Shown here one piece after another: positions 53,377-62,512 of a stretch of 64,000 bases of DNA. Position 1 is the stretch's first letter; every line of letters begins with the position of its first letter. The translations under genes and the position numbers were made by a program. Below the pieces are notes generated by a model. The model saw only the letters and a program-made list of their open reading frames with translations. It was not told the origin of the DNA and did not search any database. Origin of the DNA: an uncultured Nitrospinota bacterium (GTDB lineage: Bacteria > Tectomicrobia > Entotheonellia > J063 > CAVPRW01); contig CAVPRW010000039.1 in NCBI GenBank assembly GCA_963707985.1, positions 32,001 to 96,000 of the forward strand, in the 5' to 3' direction.

Positions 53377-55067
53377 TAGTGGTCACTAATTTATTCAGGC
53401 ATTGCAATGATTGACTTTACGGCATCTCAAGCGCAGCCGTCGGCGGAACTGGCGTGCTCGCTTCGACAAGCGATATTCGTGGATGCGGACCAATGTCGCC
53501 GCGTGGTGCGCCATGACGGCCATCCCTGTGTGTACGATCGCGCCACGATGCCCTTTGTAGGTGACGCGGGCAGCTCCACGGGACAGCAGGCTGGCCATGA
53601 TGCTTTCCACGACGGGTCGGCTGTATCCACACGCGTACGCGAGCTCCACCTGGCACGGGGTCAGTGCTTGAGGCACGCCCTCCGCGTTCAGAAGACGCCG
53701 GACGTCCTCCGGCGTGGGCGACGGAGGGAGGGGTTCGACCGTTTTGGGGATCCCCACGGTGAGAATGCCTTGTTGATGCAACACTTCTCGCAGGGCGGCA
53801 TCATTGAATGCCAGATCGCCAGCCAGCGAGCGGATGGTGGGTCGGGGGAAAGTCGCCACTCGCGCAATCGCCTGCTGCACGTGGTCGACCAACGGCTCCA
53901 CATAGCGGCTGTCACCGGGATTGCCCACGGGCAGATGCAGGGCAACGATAAAGCCAGCGGCTGGCTCGGCGATCATCCCGGGTTTGCGGCCAAACTGGGC
54001 GGGGCCATGACTCTTACCTTTGCACATGGGCGCAATCGTGGGATCGTACGCGTTGACGATCTTGCAATGGGACAAGGCCTTGCCCTGCATCAGGCGTCGC
54101 GATTGGTGTGCGATCCGGTGATAGGCCTCAAGCGCGACCGTGAGCTGGGTGTCCAGACGCGCCTGCTGCGCTTCCGACAGCGGCGGCGCGCCGTGCAGGC
54201 ATACCTGGGCGGCTCGGGCCAGCGTCAGGACCGGCTCTCCTATCGCCAGCAATGGCCTCTCGGTCTGGCGCACCAATGTCACAAACACCTTCCCCATCCC
54301 TCGGCACTGGCGACCGAAGCGACGCATCACCTGCTGGAGTTCGTACTGGAGTTGCTGGGCTTGCACCTGCAGCGCCGTGCCCCTGGTGGCGCACGGCAGG
54401 GTTATGGCCGTGGTGATCTGGAGGACTTTTTTTGGGCCTTATACAACGTGGCCGCGTCATTGACGCGTTGGCTGCCCTGCTCACGGGGAAAGGTGTCGAC
54501 CACCAGGTGCGCGGGGCTGACCAGCCCGTCTTCCATCGCGGCCGCCGCCTGGATCGCCAGCAGTTCCGCCATCAAGGGCTCATCGAGGCGACGGCGAAAC
54601 TGGGCCAGCACCTCCGGCAGCACAACATGTTCCTGGGACCCATCCACCTGGACCTCGCGGATCCCACAGGCATACATCACCGCCAGGTCGGTCCGCACTC
54701 GGCTACAGATCTGTGCATCGGAGCAGGCCAGCTCATGTTTGAGAAGTTCCAGCGCCAATAACACCCGGGTCGAGACGGGCGGACGTCCCCGCATGCTGGG
54801 TTTGGGGAACCGCTGGGCGAACGAGCGCTCCACGGCGGCGACCAGGGCCACCCACGGAAACGTCTCGGCCCATTGGCGAATGGGGTGCGTTTCGGGGACG
54901 AAGTCTGCCACCTGCAAACACGGGCCTCGGCCCGTCAGCCAATGCTGGAGGTATTGTAAGAGCGGCATCGTTGGCTCTCCATAGAGTAGGGCGGAAGAGA
55001 GCCTCAGCAGACGACGATCCGATCCACAGGACAATCCCCTCGTGAGAGAATAAATTAGTGGTCACTA
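53377..55067 (-). mobile_element. IS5-like insertion sequence (1691 bp)
   Basis: 20-bp TIRs TAGTGGTCACTAATTTATTC and (reverse complement) TAGTGACCACTAATTTATTC, 18/20 identical. Confidence 0.85.
53395..54968 (-). CDS. IS5-like DDE transposase in two frames joined by a probable -1 frameshift
   Basis: orfA HP..QWA..FPW...GRP...VVDTFP; A7G run at 54426-54433; orfB KGK...FG.K, GNP.D, AGDLAF, RPVVESI. Confidence 0.75.
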
Positions 55068-55220
55068 TATAGGTCGGTCTCCTGACTCGCGGATCAGTCT
55101 ACTTGCCAACGCCTTCCCGGCCGTTCGACGGCTAGTGGCTCGTCCAGTTGGCTTTCGTCCCCGCATACAGTGGCGCGTCCGTGAGGGAATCACACCCTCT
55201 TCCCGCAAGCGTTCCCTATA
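55068..55220 (-). ncRNA. cobalamin riboswitch (aptamer)
   Basis: minus strand TATAGG...GGGAAGAGGGTGTGATTCCCTCACGGACGCGCCACTGTA...GCCACT...GGGAAGGC...AGTCAGGAGACCGACCTATA; lies upstream of the btu genes. Confidence 0.9.
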
Positions 55221-55381
55221 TAGTCGCTGGCGCGAAATTCGCAATTGCTGAAATCTTCGGGATTTAGGATTTAGTGATCCGCTCAGACTGTCCATACATA
55301 GACTACACCCTCATCGCACCCGTAAGTGTATACCACCGCGGAAGTTACCCCGAGAGATACCGTAGGTATAAGAGCGTCACT

Positions 55382-57418
55382 CTATTTGCCCCTGCCTCCG
55401 CTAAGTCTCAGCACTCCCCAGGTATTTGGCCCGCCAAACTCCGTCGCTGCCCAGTAATAGTCTATCGCGTCCTGCCAGTTTCGAACAAAAACATTGCCCA
55501 ACATCTCAGGCGCGTTGACCGGGTCAAACCCTTTCAGCATCTTCGCCGGCACAACCATCTCCAACGTATAGCCGTTCTTCCACATCCGCGCCGCGTATTT
55601 TATATCGCTGCCGTCCACAATGTGGTCTGCAATCGCGTCACCCGGCTGGTGCCACTGTACTACCGTCCCTCCGCTGGCCTGCTTGACATTCGGCAGAAAA
55701 ATAAAATTACGGCAATACTGGTCATACCATTTCTGCCCGGGCTCGACCAGCCGTGTCGAAAACCACAGCTCCACGTAGTCAAAACTCTTTGCCCGCCAGA
55801 TGTGCTCACGAGGTATCTCATCTATGGCAAAACTCTGTATCTCCTTATCGTACACCTGCACCCCGATATAGATCCCTTCCTCCGACCAGCCCAGAAACAC
55901 CTTCGGCGACACAAGCTCATCCGACCGCTCAATGCCGACCTTTTGCACGTACGGAAGGTCGTCCAGGCTGGACTGCTCGGGCCACTCGTCCAAAGATCCG
56001 TCTATGCTCATGCTCCCTTTCGTATAGGGCACATCAAATACAGGTCTCTCCCCCGCAGACGCCTTCCACATATCCTCCCCCGCGCCGCCGGCACTTGTTG
56101 CATGCAGCTTGTTCAGCCAAGGCCTCGTCGCCCGAATCGCCTTGACGAGCTTCTTGTATGGCTTGTCGTGCACGTCCACCACGCCGAAATTGACGTCCTC
56201 CCCGTCCTCCCGCCCCGACGGTGGCTCATCGTTCCACTGAAACCAGTCCGCCCCGATGATATACGGCACCCGCGCCATCCGCGTCGTGAAAAGCCTGTAC
56301 CCGTCAGCCCTGGCCTGCTGGTCGATGACGTGACCCCATATAAAACCGCCGAAGTTCTTGTTCCCGCTCCTGCCGTCCAACGCATGAAACGCATATTCCG
56401 ATATCACAATCGGCTGCTGCGCCTGGTGGTACATCGCCTCGAAAAGCTCTCTGTCTAATTGGGCATCCGCCGCATAAATGTTTATCGACTGAACGTCCGT
56501 CAAACCGCGGGATGCGCTGAACAGCTCCACCGGCGCACCACCCCTGTAGCGAGCGCCCAGTATCAAATGGTGTGGGTCATACCTGCGAATCAGTTCGGTC
56601 GTCAGCTTAAAATAATCCCTCGCCAAATGATAGACCCACGCACTGGCCAATTTCACGTGTGCGCTCGCAGGCTGCCTCGGCAGTTCTTTCCATCCCTCAA
56701 GGTCTTCCCAGCTATGCAAATGCACTTCCCAGTCCTTGTTAAATGCTTCGACGCTCTCCCATACGCCTTGGATGACTTTCATCACTTCCCGGCGGTTCGG
56801 ATTGTCGCGCTCTAGACCGTCGAAATAATGCCCCGCTCCACCGAAGTCGCCCTTCCAGTCCAGTTCATTGTCGATAAAATACCCCACGACGTTTTTGTTG
56901 TCCCGCAGTGCCACCACTTGCCCTTTAATGATCTCTTCAGCAGCACCTGCCCAATCGCTGTCATAGAAAAGCTTGCTCTTGTTTATCGAGCTCCATACGT
57001 TCAAAGCACGCGACATGGCGACGTTATACTTGTGAAACACTGGGCTGCACCACGCTCCCAAACCCTTAAATCCGGCCCCATGTACCCGCTTAAGCGTCTT
57101 GGCCGCCCACGCATCATGGTTCCCGCCTTCTCTGTATGGCCCGCCATTCCAGTCCCGCGAAACAAAATGCGGCCCTGCCTGGGCGCTGCCTCTCTGGGCA
57201 GGATGGACGTGCGTGACCGTATTGAGAAACTCCTTCTGACCCTCAGGCGATAAAAACCACCACACGCCGCCCTCGGTCTGTGCGACACGCCAGAACCCTG
57301 CCTTTCCCCGAACCTCCTTGAACTGATCTGTCCCGCCGACAGCGAATGCCCCAAACACAAACACTATGCAAATGGCCAAAACCATACAGCCAAAGCGCAT
57401 TTTCGTCGTTCTCTTCAT
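55382..57418 (-). CDS. secreted clan GH-A glycoside hydrolase (GH50 beta-agarase-like) with C-terminal CBM9-like domain
   Basis: signal peptide; WWFLSPEG, GYFIDNEL, YDPHHLILGARY, ISEY, GADWFQWNDEP..GR.DGE..NFG.VD..DKPY; C-terminal IDGSLDEW...GWSEEGIY..V.D. Confidence 0.75.
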   Translation of the reverse strand: MKRTTKMRFGCMVLAICIVFVFGAFAVGGTDQFKEVRGKAGFWRVAQTEGGVWWFLSPEGQKEFLNTVTHVHPAQRGSAQAGPHFVSRDWNGGPYREGGNHDAWAAKTLKRVHGAGFKGLGAWCSPVFHKYNVAMSRALNVWSSINKSKLFYDSDWAGAAEEIIKGQVVALRDNKNVVGYFIDNELDWKGDFGGAGHYFDGLERDNPNRREVMKVIQGVWESVEAFNKDWEVHLHSWEDLEGWKELPRQPASAHVKLASAWVYHLARDYFKLTTELIRRYDPHHLILGARYRGGAPVELFSASRGLTDVQSINIYAADAQLDRELFEAMYHQAQQPIVISEYAFHALDGRSGNKNFGGFIWGHVIDQQARADGYRLFTTRMARVPYIIGADWFQWNDEPPSGREDGEDVNFGVVDVHDKPYKKLVKAIRATRPWLNKLHATSAGGAGEDMWKASAGERPVFDVPYTKGSMSIDGSLDEWPEQSSLDDLPYVQKVGIERSDELVSPKVFLGWSEEGIYIGVQVYDKEIQSFAIDEIPREHIWRAKSFDYVELWFSTRLVEPGQKWYDQYCRNFIFLPNVKQASGGTVVQWHQPGDAIADHIVDGSDIKYAARMWKNGYTLEMVVPAKMLKGFDPVNAPEMLGNVFVRNWQDAIDYYWAATEFGGPNTWGVLRLSGGRGK

Positions 57419-57446
57419 TTTTCTGCTCCACAGGTAATGGAAGCAT

Positions 57447-59069
57447 TAGTCGCTGCGCAAAATTGGGATAGACACCAACCACAGAGTGAGGGGTTGCAAT
57501 TGTGCGAGAACTATGATGCCTTCATTGTCACGGGTCAACCTAACCAGAACACATGCAACCGAGAAGGCATCCTCATGAGCATCGGTTTCTCTGGGCTCGA
57601 CACCCCCTGCTGTGTGCAGCCCGTGACCATCGACGTTCCACCCACCCATCCTTTGATCCAACTGGCCCAGGTCATCCCCTGGCAAGCCCTCGCCGATATG
57701 GTGCTACCAGAATCTGAAGTGCACCACGGCCAAGGGGAAATGGTGGCTCGGCAGACAACTCACGTTGCGTATCCACCTCGGGGCTTTCCTCCTCCAGTGG
57801 CTCTACAACCTCACCGATCGACAGGTTGACTGGGCTATCAAGGACCATGCCGCCTACCAGCTCTTCTGTGGGCGGGGTGTTGTGGACCACTGGCGTGCAC
57901 CTGACCATACCAAGATTGAAGAGTTTCGCTCGCGTCTGTCACCTGAGACGCAGCGACAAGTTGCCAATCGGGTCGCCGTCTGGGCAACAGAGTTCGGTTT
58001 TGCAGACCCCTCGAAAATGGATATTGATTCCACGATCCAAGAAGCCAATATCGCTTATCCGTCTGATGCTCAGCTGATGGTCAAGATGACGCTGTTGGTC
58101 AACAAGGTTTGGACGTACATGAAGGAGAACGTATCGTTCTTTGCCGACTTTATCCCAAGTGTTGATGTGAAAGCGGTGAAAGCCAAAGCCAGGGCCTACT
58201 GGTTTCGTGACCGTAAGAATGTGGATGGGACGCAGCGCTTATTTCAAGACCTCTGGCATGAAGCCTTCACTCAGATCAATCATGTCCGGAAATACTTCCA
58301 GATCCTGCTTGATTACGATATTGACCACATGCCCTGGAACATTCGTCGGGCGTTTGATCAGATTAACGCGCACTGTTCTGACCTTTTTCTCAACGTGGCG
58401 AGTTTTATGTGTCGTGGGGAGATGGTTCCTGACAAAGCCTTATCGTTCCATGCTCAGGCGGTAAGTTGCTTTAACAAAGGTAAGCTCTCCAAGGGCTTGC
58501 AATTCGGGCGTGCCTTCCAGCTCGGGCGTATCGGGGGCAACTTCCTTCTTGTGGGCGCGTGTACCTCACTCCGGATGGAGGACAAAACCTCGGTTCGCCC
58601 CATGATCATCGAACATCAGGGGCTCTTTGGCGACGAGACATTGATGTCATGCGGGACAGACAAAGGCTATTACAGTGGAGCCAATCACAAGTATCTGCGG
58701 TCGTTAGAAGGGCTCAAGGAATGCTGCCTTCAGCAACCTGGACTCGATTCCCGTAGTCTATCGGAAGACGACGCGGAGACCTACACCCGTCTTGTGAACC
58801 GCCGGGCGGGCATCGAGCCCCTGATCGGCCACGCCAAACACGGCGGTCAGCTCGGCACAAGTCGCATGAAACAAGACGACACCACCCTGGCAGCGGGCTA
58901 TGGCGCAATTGGAGGCTTCAACCTGCGCCAACTTCTTCGGCACCTGCTTGGAAAAGACATCAAGACGATGGGGTGAAAAGGAGAATGGAACGGCACAGAG
59001 CCCTGGAAAGGAGTTCAAACATTCCAATCCTTTGAGATTCAGGGGGTTCGAATTTCGCGCCAGCGACTA
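57447..59069 (+). mobile_element. IS5-like insertion sequence nested in the transposon
   Basis: internal left end TAGTCGCTGCGCAAAATT (57447-57464) can pair with the right TIR. Confidence 0.78.
57575..58976 (+). pseudogene. IS5-like DDE transposase with frameshift near 57710
   Basis: HPLIQLA..IPW in one frame continues as YNLTDR...PDHT...DIDST...YPSDA...KGK..FG...DKGY...RRAGIEP.IGH.K in another. Confidence 0.8.
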
Positions 59070-59123
59070 TATAGCAGTGCACATCTATGTCACACAGCAG
59101 ACAATCATGTTACACGGTTGATG

Positions 59124-59348
59124 TCAAGCGATTTTTGCCTGATAGCCCAGTTGTTCCAGCTTCGCCCGGACTTGCTCGGCACCCACCTGGCTCGGATCGA
59201 TCGTCACTCGCACCTGCTGCGTGGTGGCATTGGCTTGCACCTCTTGGACGCCGGGAAGACGCCGCAGCACATTACTGACGCGCTGCTCACACCCGGCACA
59301 ATGCATCTTCTCCTCACCCGTCACCACGAACTCCAGCGTCTGTACCAT
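59124..59348 (-). CDS. heavy-metal-associated (CopZ-like) chaperone
   Basis: MHCAGC metal-binding motif, LPGV, GY; GGAGG RBS. Confidence 0.88.
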   Translation of the reverse strand: MVQTLEFVVTGEEKMHCAGCEQRVSNVLRRLPGVQEVQANATTQQVRVTIDPSQVGAEQVRAKLEQLGYQAKIA

Positions 59349-59795
59349 GACCTAGACCTCCCTTCGTCGATGATCTCTCGGTCACTGGTGGACCACATCT
59401 GTTCTGCCAAGCCTAGCATACTCGTACATCAACCTCCACTTGTGCCTCGTCTCGATGCAGCAAGTTTTTCCTCCGGACTGGAACAAAATTTCCTACATCG
59501 CCCGATCGACATGTGGGGGCATGCACCGACCAAGAGTGTTCTCCGTACCTCACCGCTCCTTGCATAGGGTGGCAGGCTTGGCGGGGAGACAGGTGATTGG
59601 CGTCTGAACGTCGTGCAGGCGCGGGGTGACAGTGAATGTCTTGACGCTACACCGGCAATACGGGACAATGAGCCTGCCAGCAGTGGTCGAGTTCCGGTCT
59701 ATGCTCGTCCGCGACCGCTGTTATGCTTATCCCGCTGAGACTTGAAGGAGATATAGGCGGACGTTATTCTCCTGGCTTATACTGAAGGAGGGGGC

Positions 59796-60590
59796 ATGGA
59801 TAGCTTGACGATACCGCTGTCAGAGGAAGTCCCACGTGCCATCCAGGCACTTGATTTCGCGCAGACGCACCGCACGTATTGGGAACAGAACGAATGCATT
59901 TTCCTCGAACAGTTTCTGCCGCCCGAGGTGGTTGAACACCACTTCCTACCGGACGTCGAGCAGCTCCGCTCTGAGGTACATCGCAACTACATCCCGAAAC
60001 ACAAGAAGGGGGGAAGCGTCAGCTACTACACCCTGGTGGAGAAGGCGCCGCTTTTCATCAAGTTGTATCGCTCCTCGGTGTTTATCGATTTCATCAGTCG
60101 GCTGGTCGGGGTAGGGGTGATGCCTTGCCCAGACGATGACCCGCATGCTTGTGCCCTCTATTTTTACACCGAACCAGGCGACCATATCGGCTTCCACTAC
60201 GATACCTCGTATTATAAGGGTGCGCGATACACCATCCTAATGGGGCTCGTGCAACGCTCCGAACAATGTCGATTGATCTGTCAGCTCTATAAAGGGGATT
60301 CCACACGCGCGATGCAGGAGCTCCGGCTGGCCACCCCCCCTGGCGCTATGGTGATCTTCAATGGCAATAAGCTCTGGCACGCGATTTCCCCGCTCGAAGC
60401 AGGAGCGGAGCGCATTGTTCTCACCATGGAATATGTCACCAACCCGGCGATGGGCCCTTTCCACCGGTTCATCTCGAATATGAAAGATGCCGTTGCCTAT
60501 TTTGGCTTCTCGGCTGTCCTGCGTGGGGGGCTATCTCGTCAACGCAGGCCTACCCCGGCGCGTACCCCAAGACCGCCAGGTCAATCCTGA
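59796..60590 (+). CDS. 2OG-Fe(II) oxygenase
   Basis: GDHIGFHYD...LWH.ISP...R facial-triad pattern; AAGGAGG RBS. Confidence 0.8.
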   Translation: MDSLTIPLSEEVPRAIQALDFAQTHRTYWEQNECIFLEQFLPPEVVEHHFLPDVEQLRSEVHRNYIPKHKKGGSVSYYTLVEKAPLFIKLYRSSVFIDFISRLVGVGVMPCPDDDPHACALYFYTEPGDHIGFHYDTSYYKGARYTILMGLVQRSEQCRLICQLYKGDSTRAMQELRLATPPGAMVIFNGNKLWHAISPLEAGAERIVLTMEYVTNPAMGPFHRFISNMKDAVAYFGFSAVLRGGLSRQRRPTPARTPRPPGQS

Positions 60591-60876
60591 TGCTGTGCCT
60601 TACCCTGCGCCTGGCCGGAGGCTTGATAGGTGACCATCCCCTTATCCGCGCTATCTGTCCTGCCCTCAAGCGGGATACCTCGCACGGCAACTTTTGGCAA
60701 TCGTATCTTGCCTGTGGTGTGATGAAAGCAATTGCGCGATGGTGCCCGACACCCGTAATAACGTGAGGGGATTCCGGGCTTGACCTCATACAGGAGGGGC
60801 GGTTATAGTCAGAAGCCGGTGCACGACAAGATGATGGGAGCATAGGACCACATCAGGCAGCTAGAGGAGGGATTGC

Positions 60877-61809
60877 GTGCCACGTTTGAGGGGTCGATGG
60901 TTGCGGTGGACGGCTGTGATCGTCGTGATTATAGGAATCGTCCATCTAACGCCCGTGTTCGGTGCCGGCGTTCCTCCGCGTCCCCTACCTGGAGATGTTT
61001 CCAGGTCTGGAGTGGTGGCACAAGAGGGTGGCCTACGCGTTACAGAGCACGCTCTCGACTCGAGCGCCTTTGAAACCTTGCTCGCTGACACTACGGACAC
61101 GGACATTTCGCCAGAAGCCCTGCGCCAAATCGCATTAAAAAGAGACCTATCGCTTGGGGAATTTGCCCAGGCGCTAGCGCGGGATGAAGAGGATTTTGAT
61201 GACGAGATGACAGAATACGATCCGTGGGAGCCCTTCAACCGCAAGATGTTCGCCTTCAACCAGAAACTTGACCGCTATGTCTTGAAACCGGTGGCCAAGG
61301 TATGGAATTTTGTGGTGCCAGACCTAGCCCAGCAGAGCCTCGCCAATGCCTTCGATAACATTACTATGCCGCGCCGCCTTATCAACAGCCTCTTACAGTT
61401 GAAGCCCGAGGGCGCTGGACGCGAACTGGCACGGTTTTTCCTCAATATTTCTATGGGGGTAGGAGGGTTTTTCGACGTGGCGACAGAGCTGGGCATCCGA
61501 CGTAGCGATGAAGACACCGGACAAACCCTGGGACACTATGGCGTGGGGCCAGGTCCATATCTGGTCTTACCGTTCCTGCCACCGATGACGGTGCGCGATG
61601 GCTTCGGTTATGCGGCGGATTCGGCGATGCAACCTTTGGGTTATGTGGCGCCATTCGAAGCTTCAGCGGCAATGCGTGGGGGAGAGCTAATTAACGACCG
61701 CTCGCTCAACTTGGAAACCTTCGAGGAATTCCAACAGATGACCTTTGACCTCTACGCCGCCGTGCGAAACGCCTACTTGCAGCGCCGCCAACGCATGATC
61801 CGGGAATAA
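60877..61809 (+). CDS. mlaA: MlaA/VacJ family lipoprotein
   Basis: DPWEPFNRKMFAFN, EDTGQTLG.YGVGPGPYLVLPFL, D.YAAVRNAYLQRR. Confidence 0.9.
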   Translation: MPRLRGRWLRWTAVIVVIIGIVHLTPVFGAGVPPRPLPGDVSRSGVVAQEGGLRVTEHALDSSAFETLLADTTDTDISPEALRQIALKRDLSLGEFAQALARDEEDFDDEMTEYDPWEPFNRKMFAFNQKLDRYVLKPVAKVWNFVVPDLAQQSLANAFDNITMPRRLINSLLQLKPEGAGRELARFFLNISMGVGGFFDVATELGIRRSDEDTGQTLGHYGVGPGPYLVLPFLPPMTVRDGFGYAADSAMQPLGYVAPFEASAAMRGGELINDRSLNLETFEEFQQMTFDLYAAVRNAYLQRRQRMIRE

Positions 61810-61862
61810 TCCCGAAAGCCTGCCGCTGCCGGCGTCACCTGCCCGCCATGTCAGGACATTGC

Positions 61863-62498
61863 CTACAACGAATCCTCCTCCAACTTGGTCTTGAGGCGCT
61901 GGGCCAGCGCCTCGTAGGATGAGGTGCGGAGAATCTTACTGAATTGGGCCCGGTAGTTCGTCGCCAGGCTCACGCCGTCGATGGCCACGTCATAAATTGC
62001 CCACTGTTCGTTGTGGCGTACCAACCGATAATCGACGGGCATTCTGGCGTCTTGCTTGCTGACCAGGGTTGTGGCAACCGTGGCGCGATCCTGCTGGATG
62101 GATTCCGGGCCGTAGAGCGTCGTTCGCTCGCCCAGGAAGCGTAACACCAAACGGTTATAGGAGCCTTCAAAGAGGCGACCAAACAACTCGATGAATTCGT
62201 CGCGCTGCGCTGGCTCTAACTTGCCCCAATGGGTCCCCAACGATTCGCGCGCCATCTCGCGAAAATCGAAGGACTCGAAAATGATCTGTCGTACCCGGTG
62301 CTTGCGCTCCTGTTCTGTTTCGGACCCCTGGAGGGTCGGATCCCCTAGGATGGCCGAGACCGCATTTAGGGTCGCCTGCACACGCTCCTGGGGTCCTGCT
62401 CCGAGAGCAGGACGGGCGCGGTGAAGATCGATCGATACCGCTAGCGCGATGGCACACAGAAGTAGATATCGCGCCAGTGGTTTCCGTGCCTGAGACAC
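61863..62498 (-). CDS. MlaC/ttg2D-family protein (HpnM-like)
   Basis: FDF.EMA...LG..W, VDYRL, W.IYDV.IDGVSL..NYRAQF. Confidence 0.88.
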   Translation of the reverse strand: MSQARKPLARYLLLCAIALAVSIDLHRARPALGAGPQERVQATLNAVSAILGDPTLQGSETEQERKHRVRQIIFESFDFREMARESLGTHWGKLEPAQRDEFIELFGRLFEGSYNRLVLRFLGERTTLYGPESIQQDRATVATTLVSKQDARMPVDYRLVRHNEQWAIYDVAIDGVSLATNYRAQFSKILRTSSYEALAQRLKTKLEEDSL

Positions 62499-62512
62499 CG
62501 ATCTTTCCTCCC

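Larger units (their letters stand above)
55221..59069. mobile_element. 3849-bp cargo-carrying transposon (IS5-like element plus glycoside hydrolase)
   Basis: perfect 21-bp TIR TAGTCGCTGGCGCGAAATTCG at 55221-55241 and 59049-59069; TATA direct repeats at 55217-55220 and 59070-59073. Confidence 0.8.

Noticed and set aside
53407..54984. 525-aa plus-strand ORF
   Set aside because: Antisense shadow of the minus-strand transposase; no recognisable motifs.
55274..56458. 394-aa plus-strand ORF
   Set aside because: Antisense shadow of the glycoside hydrolase.
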